A stretch of 54,994 bases of DNA from an uncultured Candidatus Saccharibacteria bacterium (GCA_946530935.1 CAMNAJ010000001.1:1-54994); one strand, 5' to 3'. Positions 1 through 9,838 are shown, counted from the first letter of the stretch. Notes: generated by a model from the sequence alone, not told the origin. Translations and numbers: made by a program.

Positions 1-87
1 CCAGCCGCACCAGTCGAAAATGCACCAGCTGAACCAGCAGCAGAACAACAACCAGCAGAAAATGGACAACCAGCTCCGGCTCAATAA
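1..87 (+). CDS. 3' end of an upstream gene (Pro/Ala/Glu/Gln-rich tail), partial
   Basis: Frame 1 reads PAAPVENAPAEPAAEQQPAENGQPAPAQ* and overlaps the next start at 62. Confidence 0.6.
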   Translation, partial: PAAPVENAPAEPAAEQQPAENGQPAPAQ

Positions 88-766
88 ATTCTTAGCCGAA
101 CGTCTCGGCGTTTCACGTCGCGAAGCAGACGATTTAATTGCGAGCGGTAAAGTTTTGGTCAATGATAAACCCGCCGTACTTGGTGCACGAATTGACAAAA
201 ATGACAAAGTATGCTATAATAATAAGATAGTTAAATTTGACAACGAATTCTTGTATATCGCGATGAATAAACCAGTTGGTTATGTTTGTTCGCGCCGTGC
301 TCAGGGTGACGCACCGACACTTTACGATTTATTGCCAGAAAAGTATCAGAAACTAAAAACTGTTGGTCGTCTCGACAAGGACTCGTCCGGCCTAATTTTG
401 CTAACTAACGACGGTGATTTCGCTTTTGAAATGACTCACCCAAAGTTCCATAAAGAAAAGATTTACAAAGTAGAACTAGACCGCGATCTTTCGCCGCTCC
501 ATCAACAAATGATTTCTGATTATGGAATTGATTTAGAGGATGGCAAATCAAAATTTACTGTTATCCGTGAAGAGGAATTTAATGACCGCAAACATTTTAT
601 GGTCGTTTTAAACGAGGGCCGCAACCGTCAGATTCGTCGTACTTTTCAGGCGGTCGGCTACCGTGTGGTAAAACTTCATCGCATCACGTTTGGTAAATTT
701 GAGCTTAAAGAATTGAAGCCCGGAGCTGTCGAAGAAATCCCAAAAACTCTTATCGAAAAACGCTAA
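62..766 (+). CDS. rRNA pseudouridine synthase, RsuA/RluB family
   Basis: S4 domain (LRLNKFLA..SRREAD), NKPVGY, GRLDKDSSGL, EGRNRQIRR; start moved to ATG at 62. Confidence 0.92.
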   Translation: MDNQLRLNKFLAERLGVSRREADDLIASGKVLVNDKPAVLGARIDKNDKVCYNNKIVKFDNEFLYIAMNKPVGYVCSRRAQGDAPTLYDLLPEKYQKLKTVGRLDKDSSGLILLTNDGDFAFEMTHPKFHKEKIYKVELDRDLSPLHQQMISDYGIDLEDGKSKFTVIREEEFNDRKHFMVVLNEGRNRQIRRTFQAVGYRVVKLHRITFGKFELKELKPGAVEEIPKTLIEKR

Positions 767-776
767 ATTCATTTTA

Positions 777-791
777 TGATATAATGAAACC
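777..791 (+). promoter_or_regulatory. Extended -10 promoter, putative leaderless transcript of ftsA
   Basis: TGATATAAT 6 nt before ATG 792, no SD. Confidence 0.65.
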
Positions 792-2012
792 ATGAGTACA
801 ATTCTTGGACTAGATATTGGTACTGAATTTGTAAAAGCCATTATGGCAAAGCCTGGCAAAAAAGGTAATCTTGAATTACTTGGTGTAGGAAAAGCTAAAC
901 AAAAAGAAGGCAACATGCATAATGGTGCTATTGCGGATATTCCAGCAGTAATCGCAACTTGCGAAGAAGCATTGCTCCAAGTTGAAGAAAAAGCTAAAGA
1001 GCGTGCTGACCAGGCCGTCGTAGGAATCGCCGGTGAGCTAGTTAAAGGAAACACTACCACAGTTCATTATGCACGTAAGAATCCAAATAAGCCAATCTCG
1101 GAAGCCGAGATGAACGACATTATTAAAAAAGTCCAATTCAAATCCGGTGAAGTTGCAAAAAAGATGGTTGCCCTTGAAACCGGCAACGATAATATTGAAG
1201 TTCGATTAATCAATTCCGCCATTGTTTCCCTTACAATAGACGGCTATAAAGTGATGAATCCAGTTGGGTTCAAAGGTTCAGATGTAGCTATATTAATATA
1301 TACCGCCTTTGCCCCATTAATTCATGTAGCGGCAATTGAAAAAGTTTGCGCCGAGCTTAATCTAGATCTTTTAGCTGTGGCAGTAGAGCCGTTTGCGGTT
1401 TGTCGCGCCTGTCTTGGCGACGATCCGGATTCATCCTTCTCTGGCGTGGTAATGGATATTGGCGGTGGCACTACTGATATTGCCGTGGTTGATGATGGCG
1501 GAGTTGAAGGCACTAAAATGTTTTCAATTGGCGGGCGCAGCTTTACTCATCAAATTGCCGAAGCACTTGGTACAGATTTTGATACTGCAGAAGAAAAGAA
1601 GCTCCAATACGATACCGGCGAACTCGATGATCGCGAAAAAGCTAAGATCGAAACCGCGATTTCTCGCAATCTTTCTGTTTGGTTGACTGGTGTAGAAGTT
1701 GCACTCGAAGAATTTGAAAGTTTTGGCAGCCTTCCACGTAGTGTTCTTCTTTGTGGTGGCGGTGCCAGTCTTTCAGCTGTTCAAGAAACACTCGCTATGT
1801 CGGACTGGTATGAGAATCTACCGTTCTCGCGTCGCCCAATCATCCATCTAATTGATATCGCCGAATTGCCAAATTTCATTACAAAAGACTTTGAAATCGA
1901 TCATTCATTTGCGACCGCGCTCGGACTTCTTCGAGTCGGCGCTGATACTTTAGCTGGTGCTCCACCAGAAAACAAACTGAAAGCAAAAATCAACAAACTT
2001 TTATCTAAATAA
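792..2012 (+). CDS. ftsA: FtsA-family actin-like ATPase
   Basis: GLDIGT, DIGGGTTD, GG..FT, LCGGGA actin-fold motifs with FtsA-type N-terminus; no ftsZ adjacent. Confidence 0.8.
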   Translation: MSTILGLDIGTEFVKAIMAKPGKKGNLELLGVGKAKQKEGNMHNGAIADIPAVIATCEEALLQVEEKAKERADQAVVGIAGELVKGNTTTVHYARKNPNKPISEAEMNDIIKKVQFKSGEVAKKMVALETGNDNIEVRLINSAIVSLTIDGYKVMNPVGFKGSDVAILIYTAFAPLIHVAAIEKVCAELNLDLLAVAVEPFAVCRACLGDDPDSSFSGVVMDIGGGTTDIAVVDDGGVEGTKMFSIGGRSFTHQIAEALGTDFDTAEEKKLQYDTGELDDREKAKIETAISRNLSVWLTGVEVALEEFESFGSLPRSVLLCGGGASLSAVQETLAMSDWYENLPFSRRPIIHLIDIAELPNFITKDFEIDHSFATALGLLRVGADTLAGAPPENKLKAKINKLLSK

Positions 2013-2016
2013 TTCT

Positions 2017-3900
2017 TTAGGCTTCGAGCACGGCTTTAATACGTCGCACCCCAGCTGATGACGATTCTTCTTTTACAATCTTAAAATGTCCGAGAATTCC
2101 GGTATGCTCTACATGTGGGCCACCGCAAACTTCGCGTGAAATTGGATCATCAAAGTCGCCAATCGTATAAACTTTAAGGACGTCTGGATATTTATCCCAG
2201 AATTGGCCATGTGCTTTCAAAGTATCGCGGGCGTATGATTTTTCGTATTCATCAAATACTACTGGAAGATCGGCTTTGATCCACTCATTGACCTGGTCTT
2301 CAACTTTTTTAAGTTCTTCTTCAGTCATCTTGTGGTCGAGATTAAAATCAAAACGCACCCTTTCGGCAGTGATGTTCGAACCTCTTTGACAGATTGATTT
2401 GTCGACCAGATTTTGTAAAGCCGCAAGTAGTAAGTGACAAGCTGTATGATATTTTACGGTTTGTTCACCATGATCTTCGAGGCCACCCTTAAACATGCCT
2501 TTAGACGCTGTTTGCGAGCGTTCGCGTTGTTCTTTTAATGATTCTTCAAATTCTTCGCGGTGTTTTTCGGATAGTTCAATTCCTTCGCGGTAACATTCTT
2601 CAATCGAAAGCTCTAAGGGGAAGCCATAGGTGTCTTGAAGTTTAAACAAATCGTGACCGTCAAGAATCTTTGAATTTCTTGTCATCTTGCCGAGTTCTTT
2701 TAGTCCTTTATTCAAAGTCTGGCGGAAGGCCTTTTCTTCTTTTAGAAGCACATCGAGTGCTAATTCGCGATGAGTCAAAATCGAATCAGGCAAATCTTTG
2801 TAATTATTTGCTACAATTGGCACAATTTCGGACAAAAAGTTTTGTGAAATACCCAAATCTAAGGCCCTAAGGATGGCACGGCGCACCAACCTTCTCATTG
2901 CATAACCCTGAGTCTTGTTTGATGGTACGAGTCCCTGCGAAGCCAAAAGGTAAGCCCCTCTAATGTGGTCAGCAATTACGCGCATTTCGTCGGTATTGTT
3001 TTCGTACTTCTTGCCAGAAATTTCTTCCAGCTTATCGATAATAGGTTTCATTAGAGAAATTTTAAAGACATCAAAACTCCCGATTGCGGCAGCGGCGATG
3101 CGTTCCAAGCCTCCGCCAAAATCAACATTCTTCTTTTCGAGTTCTTTAAAGGATCCATCCTCAAGGCGACGGTATTGCATAAAGACCTGGTTGCCAATTT
3201 CCATAAATCTAGCCCCATCCGACGCAGGATGCGCTAAACCGTATTTAGCGACGTCTTGTTTGTCTTCGCCAAAATCATAAAACACTTCTGAATCTGGTCC
3301 ACAAGGATCGCCGATTGGCGTAGTTTCGCAGCCACCACCTCTACTCCACCAGTTTTCATGGTCGTCGTAGAAGAAGATTCTTTCGCCTTCCTTAATGCCA
3401 CGTTTATCGCCTTCTTTAGCCGAACCAATTTCGGCGATCTTTGCATCAATTCCAGCATCCTTAAAGACCTTTTGCCAGATTTCGGCCGCTTCGGTGTCCT
3501 TTGGAATGCCATATTTTTCGTTGCCAATAAAACAAGTGACGTAAATCTTATTTGGATCAAGCCCGACTTCTTTTGTTAAAAACTCAAAGAAATTACAAAT
3601 CTGCTCTTCCTTAAAGTAATCACCAAGTGACCAGTTGCCGAGCATTTCAAAAACTGTAGTATGACGAGGGTCGCCAACATCCTCAATATCCTGAAGACGC
3701 ATGGATGGCTGAGAATCGGTTAGGCGTTTTCCTTCCGGGTGTGGTTCGCCAAGAAGATATGGCAAAAGTGGCTGCATGCCAGAGCCGGTAAATAATGTAG
3801 TAGGGTCATTTTCAAGTACCAGTGGGGCTGGTTGTATCACTTTGTGACCTTTTCTGGTCTGAAAATCTAAAAACTTTTGTCTTATATTATTTGCGTCCAT
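2017..3900 (-). CDS. alaS: Alanine--tRNA ligase (short form, no C-Ala domain)
   Basis: DPTTLFT..GMQP, RHTTVFEMLGNWS, HTACH and CGGPHV editing motifs, ends at GVRRIKA. Confidence 0.97.
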   Translation of the reverse strand: MDANNIRQKFLDFQTRKGHKVIQPAPLVLENDPTTLFTGSGMQPLLPYLLGEPHPEGKRLTDSQPSMRLQDIEDVGDPRHTTVFEMLGNWSLGDYFKEEQICNFFEFLTKEVGLDPNKIYVTCFIGNEKYGIPKDTEAAEIWQKVFKDAGIDAKIAEIGSAKEGDKRGIKEGERIFFYDDHENWWSRGGGCETTPIGDPCGPDSEVFYDFGEDKQDVAKYGLAHPASDGARFMEIGNQVFMQYRRLEDGSFKELEKKNVDFGGGLERIAAAAIGSFDVFKISLMKPIIDKLEEISGKKYENNTDEMRVIADHIRGAYLLASQGLVPSNKTQGYAMRRLVRRAILRALDLGISQNFLSEIVPIVANNYKDLPDSILTHRELALDVLLKEEKAFRQTLNKGLKELGKMTRNSKILDGHDLFKLQDTYGFPLELSIEECYREGIELSEKHREEFEESLKEQRERSQTASKGMFKGGLEDHGEQTVKYHTACHLLLAALQNLVDKSICQRGSNITAERVRFDFNLDHKMTEEELKKVEDQVNEWIKADLPVVFDEYEKSYARDTLKAHGQFWDKYPDVLKVYTIGDFDDPISREVCGGPHVEHTGILGHFKIVKEESSSAGVRRIKAVLEA

Positions 3901-3991
3901 AGGGATAATTATACCAGATTTTTACTTGTAATTTTTAAAAAAGAGTGATATTATAAACATAAGAATAATATTAAACACATAAGGAACTAAA

Positions 3992-4192
3992 ATGGCTCAA
4001 GCAAAAAAGAAAACTGCGACAAGAACCGCAAAAAAGCAAACGGTCGCAAGAAAAGCTGGTCGCAAGCAATATATGCGCTATGAGAGATATGATAGTAAAA
4101 AGCAACAAAAATCAAATATGGTTTTTGTCATCTCTATGAGCTTCCTTGCTGCAACTCTACTCTTTGCTGATCTTTTGATGATGGTTGCTTAG
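3992..4192 (+). CDS. Small basic protein with C-terminal TM helix
   Basis: K/R-rich N-terminus, hydrophobic C-terminus, AAGGA SD, followed by terminator. Confidence 0.7.
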   Translation: MAQAKKKTATRTAKKQTVARKAGRKQYMRYERYDSKKQQKSNMVFVISMSFLAATLLFADLLMMVA

Positions 4193-4195
4193 TTT

Positions 4196-4223
4196 AAAAA
4201 ACACCCCACTCGGGGTGTTTTTT
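4196..4223. terminator. Bidirectional intrinsic terminator
   Basis: AAAAAACACCCC-ACTC-GGGGTGTTTTTT between convergent genes. Confidence 0.9.
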
Positions 4224-4228
4224 GATAC

Positions 4229-5266
4229 CTAAATAATTATCCCACCACCAAGGCAAATATCGCCATCGTAAATTACGGCGGACTGACCGGCTGCCGGGCG
4301 TTTAACTTCGTTTTCAAAGAACAATGTTTCGCCATCAAAAGTAGCCGGGATTAATGGAGCACGGTGGCGAAGGCGGACCAAAACATTTTTGGCTTCTTTT
4401 CGCAAAATCACATCCTTGATTTTTAATTCTTTAGTCCAAATATGACTGTCGTTAAGATTTTTTGAAACATATACAATGTTTTTATTTAAATCTTTTGATA
4501 CTACATAATATGGTAGACCATCATTTGCTTCACCAGCTACACCAGAAAGGTATAATCCGTGGCGTTGGCCGATGGTGTAAAAAACTGCACCCTCGTGGTA
4601 TCCAAGCACTTTTTCGCTCTCAACCTCGCGAATCTCTCCCGGCTTAATGTCGATGTATTCCTTAAGAAAATCTTTCATACCTACCTCGCCAACAAAACAA
4701 ACGCCCATCGACTCCTTTTTATAGGCATTATGTAATCCTTTTTCTTTAGCAAGTTTCTTAACTTCTGGCTTTAACATTTCGCCAACTGGAAATAGAGTGT
4801 GTGAAATGGCTGTATCTGAGATACGATAAAGAAAATAGGTCTGATCCTTATTTTCATCTTTAGCTCGCAATAATTCGCTGCCAGAAGTTCTCGCGTAGTG
4901 ACCAGTCGCAATATAGTCAGCGCCTCTTTCCATCGCCTTTTCAAAGAAAAGTTTGAATTTGATTTCTTGGTTGCACATTACATCTGGATTTGGCGTATTC
5001 CCCTTTTTAAATTCGTCTAGCATATATTCCACAACCTTGTCATGGTATTCTTTTTCGAAGTCCCATACCTCAAAATCAATTCCAAGTTTTACGGCCACAC
5101 GTTTAGCATCGGCTAGATCCTCGGCCCAAGGACATTTCATACCAGGCAAATCTTTTGACCAGTTTTTCATGTAGACTCCAGTCACGTCGTGTCCATGTTC
5201 CTTCAAAAGCAAAGCCGCTACGCTAGAATCCACTCCGCCGCTCATCCCAACAAACACTTTAGCCAC
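4229..5266 (-). CDS. mnmA: tRNA 2-thiouridine(34) synthase
   Basis: SGGVDS PP-loop, TPNPDVMCN, ATGHY, KDQTYFL, GVCF. Confidence 0.97.
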   Translation of the reverse strand: MAKVFVGMSGGVDSSVAALLLKEHGHDVTGVYMKNWSKDLPGMKCPWAEDLADAKRVAVKLGIDFEVWDFEKEYHDKVVEYMLDEFKKGNTPNPDVMCNQEIKFKLFFEKAMERGADYIATGHYARTSGSELLRAKDENKDQTYFLYRISDTAISHTLFPVGEMLKPEVKKLAKEKGLHNAYKKESMGVCFVGEVGMKDFLKEYIDIKPGEIREVESEKVLGYHEGAVFYTIGQRHGLYLSGVAGEANDGLPYYVVSKDLNKNIVYVSKNLNDSHIWTKELKIKDVILRKEAKNVLVRLRHRAPLIPATFDGETLFFENEVKRPAAGQSAVIYDGDICLGGGIII

Positions 5267-6395
5267 GGCGAATCCTTTCTCTTTCTAATGCCACAACTTC
5301 ATTAATGATTTTTGCGGCTTCATGAATCTGTTCCTCGGTATTAGTTTCGCCTAGAGTAATACGAAGCGAGCCGTTAATCTCGGAATCACTTAACCCAATA
5401 GCCGCGAGCACGTGCGAACGAACGCCTTTTGATGCAGCGCAGGCAGCCCCAGTAGAAACATAGACCTCGCGTTCTTCAAGTAGATAAATTAATCTTTCAG
5501 CATCAAGGCCATCAAAACAAAGTACTACAAAATTATCAAGAGAATGCTTTTTATTGATTAGCTCATAGTCTTTAATCTCATTTAGCAAGATTTTACGAAA
5601 GTTAGCGTACTTCTTACGGTTCCCATTTAGATGTTCTTTTGCATGCGTCAAAGCACTTGCAAAACCAATTACTCCTGGTACATTCTCAGTGCCAGAACGT
5701 ATGCCGTTCTCTTGTCCGCCTCCGACCGAGAGAGGTTTTAACCTTACGTCGTGCGAGATATAAAGAGCCCCAACTCCTTTCGGGCCGTATACTTTTGCCG
5801 CATTGAGCGTTAAAAGGTCAACTCCGAGTCTTGCTACGTTGATATCGAGCAAATTTGTGGCCTGCGAAGCATCGGAATGGAGTAGTAATTGTCGTGAACT
5901 ACCATTTTTTAAGCGTTCCAAACGAATTTCGCGAACCAAGGCAGCAATTTCGGCAAGCGGTTGAATTGTCCCGAGTTCGTTATTAGCTAAAGCGACCGAA
6001 ATTAGCTCGGTATTATCATCGATTTTTGATTTTAAATCATCTAAGTTGATGCGACCATTTTTATCAACCGCAATTTCTTCACTATTAAATCGCTTGGCTG
6101 GGTTTCGTACTGAATCATGCTCGGTTTTTAAGTATAAAACTTTAGCTTCGGATGAAATAGCTGTCATGGCAAGGTTATTGGCCTCAGTAGCACCGGCTGT
6201 TATGATTAAATCGTTCTCTTTAGCACCAATTGCGTGGGCGATATTCGCCTTGGCCTCACTAAAATCATGTGCTACTTTTTTTGCAGGAAGATAGGCGGAA
6301 GACGGATTAAAAAAATCAACCAAAAAATATGGCTTCATTGCCTCAAGCGTCTTATCAGAAACCGGCGTAGCGGCAGCATGATCTAGATATATCAT
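5259..6395 (-). CDS. iscS: Cysteine desulfurase (IscS/NifS type), likely sulfur donor for MnmA
   Basis: YLDHAAATP, K.YGPKGVG, RSGTEN, STGAAC; start set at MIYLD behind TGTTATAAT; overlaps mnmA start. Confidence 0.88.
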   Translation of the reverse strand: MIYLDHAAATPVSDKTLEAMKPYFLVDFFNPSSAYLPAKKVAHDFSEAKANIAHAIGAKENDLIITAGATEANNLAMTAISSEAKVLYLKTEHDSVRNPAKRFNSEEIAVDKNGRINLDDLKSKIDDNTELISVALANNELGTIQPLAEIAALVREIRLERLKNGSSRQLLLHSDASQATNLLDINVARLGVDLLTLNAAKVYGPKGVGALYISHDVRLKPLSVGGGQENGIRSGTENVPGVIGFASALTHAKEHLNGNRKKYANFRKILLNEIKDYELINKKHSLDNFVVLCFDGLDAERLIYLLEEREVYVSTGAACAASKGVRSHVLAAIGLSDSEINGSLRITLGETNTEEQIHEAAKIINEVVALERERIRRG

Positions 6396-6450
6396 AAATG
6401 ATATTATAACAAATTTTCCCCTTAAAGTCAAAACTGCTACCGCTAAAATA

Positions 6451-6541
6451 TTGACAAAATATATTATGTGTGGTATAATAAAAATATAGGGCCAAAGTCT
6501 TTATTTTTTTGGCCTGTACATTTCGGTTTAGGAGGTAAAAT
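6451..6541 (+). promoter_or_regulatory. Consensus sigma70 promoter and SD of orphan gene
   Basis: TTGACA(6451)-17 nt-TATAAT(6474); AGGAGG at 6530. Confidence 0.8.
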
Positions 6542-7189
6542 ATGAAAGCAGAAGACGAACGCATTGGCTTTTCCAGAGAGGAGATTGCCACCGCAATCAA
6601 AGAGAACGACCTCGATACGATCAACGAGATGCTCGATGGCTTCGGCCTGAGGAAAAATTTCCCATTGTTTTTACCGACATCCTTTAGGGCAGAGTCCTCG
6701 ATTCTTAGCTACGGGGTAGCTTTTGCCGGGCGCAGTCTGGTTAAGCCTGAAGTGGCAAAGCTTCTCATCGACAATCTCTCGCACAACATCGACGTGTTTC
6801 TTTTCCTTGACTCCGTGCTCTATTTCTTGGGCGATGACGTCAGAAACGAAGAAGTGCATCCGTCCCAGGAAATCATTGACATCTTGGAAGGTAATGGACC
6901 GAGTGACGAGTTCGGCGGCCGTGTCGCGATTCTGGAAGAATACGAATTCATCGCGCTCGCGCGCTATCTTGCAAGTGGCAAGATTGAATCGATTTCCAGA
7001 GAGTTCAATTCGCCAATCGTCAGATATGTCTACGCACATCAGATGCTTCCCCTCACTATGTTGTTTTCCTATATGGCAGCCGCCCTGAGAGAGCCGGATA
7101 TCAATCCTATTCGGGCTACTGATATCATCGGCCAAATTCTCGAAGGCCTCGAAGGAACCTTTGCTGATTCCGAGGAAGACGACGAATAA
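6542..7189 (+). CDS. Hypothetical acidic protein (orphan, GC-richer by eye)
   Basis: 215-aa ORF with strong promoter, SD and terminator; no recognisable motif. Confidence 0.75.
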   Translation: MKAEDERIGFSREEIATAIKENDLDTINEMLDGFGLRKNFPLFLPTSFRAESSILSYGVAFAGRSLVKPEVAKLLIDNLSHNIDVFLFLDSVLYFLGDDVRNEEVHPSQEIIDILEGNGPSDEFGGRVAILEEYEFIALARYLASGKIESISREFNSPIVRYVYAHQMLPLTMLFSYMAAALREPDINPIRATDIIGQILEGLEGTFADSEEDDE

Positions 7190-7232
7190 TCGGCTCGTTT
7201 TATCCTTTTCTATCCCCCCTATTCCCCAGCAC

Positions 7233-7268
7233 ACCCACCTACTTTGTAGGTGGGTTTTTATTTTTTTC
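7233..7268 (+). terminator. Intrinsic terminator
   Basis: ACCCACCTAC-TTT-GTAGGTGGGT followed by T-tract. Confidence 0.85.
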
Positions 7269-7306
7269 ATGTGCTATAATAAAACAATGAAAAGGAGGTT
7301 GTTGTA

Positions 7307-8773
7307 GTGAAAAAGTGCTTTGATGCCGATAAATATCTGAAAATCCAAAAGAAAAAAATCAAACAGCGTATTGCAATGTTTGACAAGCTCTATCTAGAAT
7401 TTGGCGGTAAACTCATTGATGACCAACATGCCGCTCGCACCCTCCCAGGATTTCTCCCCGACCTCAAGATCCGACTCCTTCAAGAATTTAAGGACGACGC
7501 TGAGGTTATTTTATGCATCAACGCCAACGCGATTGAAAAATCCAAAATCCGTGCCGACCATTTGATTTCTTACGAAACAGAAGTTCTTCGTTTAATTGGA
7601 TTTTTGCGTTCTCGAGGTATTTATGTTAGTTCTGTTGTGATTACGCTCTTTGAGGGACAGAAAAAAGCTAAAGATTTTGCTGAAAAATTGAAAGACTATA
7701 ACGTCAAAACTTACTTTCATACCTTTACCAAGGGCTACCCGACCGATGTCGATACTATTGTTAGTGACGAAGGTTACGGAGCTAATCCATATATCGAAAC
7801 GACGCGCCCATTAGTAGTTGTTTCGGCACCTGGTCCATGTTCTGGTAAGCTTGCTACCTCACTTTCGCAGCTTTACCACGAATATAAGCGTGGCGTGAAC
7901 GCCGGTTACGCTAAATTTGAAACCTTCCCTGTTTGGGCTCTGCCTCTAAAACACCCAGTAAATATTGCATACGAAGCTGCTACTGCCGATCTAAACGATA
8001 AAAACATGATTGACTATTTTCATCTTGAAAAATATGGTACGATGGCCGTAAATTATAACCGCGACCTTGAAACGTTTCCGGTTCTTAAAGAGATTTTAAA
8101 CCGCATCACTGGTAAAACCATTTACTATTCGCCAACTGACATGGGTGTAAATGTAATTGGTGAATGCATTACCGACGATAAGGCCGTCCAAAAAGCTGCC
8201 AAAGATGAAATTATCAGGCGGTATTACCGCGCATTAACTGATCTTAAGAAAGGCTTAGTTGGACCGGAAGTGCCAGAACGTATCAAACTTTTGATGAATG
8301 AACTAGGTATCACGGAAAAAGATCGTCTGGTCGTAACCGAAGCTGCCAAAAAACGTGAAAAGTCTGGTAATTTGCCAGCCGCCGCTATATCACTTAGTAC
8401 CAAAAAAGTAGTTGTGGGTAGAAAAACCGGTATTCTCTCTCCGATTTCTAGCACCATCTTAAACGCTTTAAAAGTTACCGGTAAGATTCCAGATGAAGTT
8501 GATTTGATTGCACCAGCAATTTTGGAGCCAATCCTTGAGATTAAGAACAAAACTTCAAACTTCAAAGAAAGCTATTTAAAACTAGGCGAAGTATTAATTG
8601 CTCTTTCAATTTGTTCTACTACTAATCCAGTCGTTAAAAAAGTATTAGAGAACCTTGATAAATTGAGGGGCACTGAACTACATTCTACGCACATGATAGC
8701 TGATGATGAGCTAGTTGTACTATCGAATCTTGGCATCAACGCCACTTGTGGCACAGAGATCGATATTAATTAA
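7307..8773 (+). CDS. DUF1846 (UPF0371) family protein
   Basis: KLYLEFGGKL.DD.HA.R.LPGF, APGP.SGKLAT, GYAKFETFPVW, HPVN.AYEAATADL; GTG start with AGGAGG. Confidence 0.9.
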   Translation: MKKCFDADKYLKIQKKKIKQRIAMFDKLYLEFGGKLIDDQHAARTLPGFLPDLKIRLLQEFKDDAEVILCINANAIEKSKIRADHLISYETEVLRLIGFLRSRGIYVSSVVITLFEGQKKAKDFAEKLKDYNVKTYFHTFTKGYPTDVDTIVSDEGYGANPYIETTRPLVVVSAPGPCSGKLATSLSQLYHEYKRGVNAGYAKFETFPVWALPLKHPVNIAYEAATADLNDKNMIDYFHLEKYGTMAVNYNRDLETFPVLKEILNRITGKTIYYSPTDMGVNVIGECITDDKAVQKAAKDEIIRRYYRALTDLKKGLVGPEVPERIKLLMNELGITEKDRLVVTEAAKKREKSGNLPAAAISLSTKKVVVGRKTGILSPISSTILNALKVTGKIPDEVDLIAPAILEPILEIKNKTSNFKESYLKLGEVLIALSICSTTNPVVKKVLENLDKLRGTELHSTHMIADDELVVLSNLGINATCGTEIDIN

Positions 8774-8774
8774 C

Positions 8775-8801
8775 AAAAACCGGCCTTTCGGCCGGCTTTT
8801 T
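8775..8801. terminator. Bidirectional intrinsic terminator
   Basis: AAAAA-CCGGCC-TTTC-GGCCGG-CTTTTT between convergent genes. Confidence 0.85.
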
Positions 8802-8809
8802 GTCGTAAA

Positions 8810-9379
8810 CTATTCTTGCGGCTCAGGTTCGGCTACCTCTGTCGCTGGTACAAACACAATTTCTTGTGTGCCAGATGTAATGGTTAGCGTTTCTTTCTTT
8901 TGATTAAGCACATATTCAAAAGTGTCATTTAGGGTATAAAGCCAATCAGTTTCAATGTTTAGCTTTTTGTCGTCCATCGACCAGATAAAATCATAGTCAT
9001 TATAATGTCGGTTAGTTGTGAGTTTGCCTTTACCGATTTCAGTAAAATTCCAAATAACGGTTGGTTCATCTTCACGTGACCAAGTACCGATCTTTACCAA
9101 GAATTCAGCATCCCTTACATCTGGCTCTTTAGTGAGTGTCTTAAATAAGAAAAACGCACCCACGCCAAGCGTAAAGATTCCAATAAGAAGCACAAAAATC
9201 GATCTTTTTAATTTAGGGTCCATCGGCTCTTTTACTGGTTCCGGCATTTCAGGCGGTTTATTTTTTGGTTCGACAATTACAATATCGTCTGGAGTAACTT
9301 TTGGTTTTGGAGCTTCTTCAACCTTTGCATCTTTATCTAGCTCAGGTTTTTTAACATCTGTGCTTTTATTGTTATCCAT
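8810..9379 (-). CDS. Hypothetical single-pass membrane protein with small beta-rich external domain
   Basis: Pro/Lys/Glu-rich N-terminus, one TM, GTW motif; TGTTAAAAT 6 nt upstream of ATG 9379. Confidence 0.75.
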   Translation of the reverse strand: MDNNKSTDVKKPELDKDAKVEEAPKPKVTPDDIVIVEPKNKPPEMPEPVKEPMDPKLKRSIFVLLIGIFTLGVGAFFLFKTLTKEPDVRDAEFLVKIGTWSREDEPTVIWNFTEIGKGKLTTNRHYNDYDFIWSMDDKKLNIETDWLYTLNDTFEYVLNQKKETLTITSGTQEIVFVPATEVAEPEPQE

Positions 9380-9403
9380 AAGCACATTTTAACAATAAAA
9401 AAT

Positions 9404-9838
9404 CTAAAAGTAAAGATTGGCCTTTACGAGGTTATAGTAGGTATGAACTGCAGTGCGAAAATTGCTCAATTCAGAATCTTTAATCTTGGTATATTTGCCA
9501 TTGTAATACTTAAAGACACCATCTGGTCTGACTTCGTAACGAATTGTCACCCCTTGTGGTTCGCCTTTTTCATCAAACCACCCTTCGTGCCAAACCCAAA
9601 CATTCTTTTTGTGAAGACAGAATTCTCTTTGATGGCCCACCGGAATTGGTCCAAAAATTGTCCTGCCAAGCGCAGATTCAGCATTAATTAAATCTGCATA
9701 AGTCATCATACTAGATTGGCGAATATCAAAAGGGCTTATTTTTTTGACGGCACTTCCCTGCTTGGCGTTTTTAAAATAATTGATTTTTTTGAAAGGAAGT
9801 GACAGTTTTTCTGGATCTAGGAGTTCCGCAAGCGACAT
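9404..9838 (-). CDS. Hypothetical protein
   Basis: 144-aa ORF (IFGPIP.GH.REF, WVWHE, RYEVR); GAGGAG upstream. Confidence 0.75.
   Translation of the reverse strand: MSLAELLDPEKLSLPFKKINYFKNAKQGSAVKKISPFDIRQSSMMTYADLINAESALGRTIFGPIPVGHQREFCLHKKNVWVWHEGWFDEKGEPQGVTIRYEVRPDGVFKYYNGKYTKIKDSELSNFRTAVHTYYNLVKANLYF

Noticed and set aside
20-61. Poly-Q/N N-terminus (MHQLNQQQNNNQQK) of the pseudouridine synthase
   Set aside because: Out-of-frame reading of the upstream gene's Pro/Ala/Glu-rich tail; ATG 62 fits better
6671-7270. 199-aa antisense ORF and 121-aa alternate-frame ORF over the orphan gene
   Set aside because: Promoter, SD and terminator all support 6542..7189 (+)
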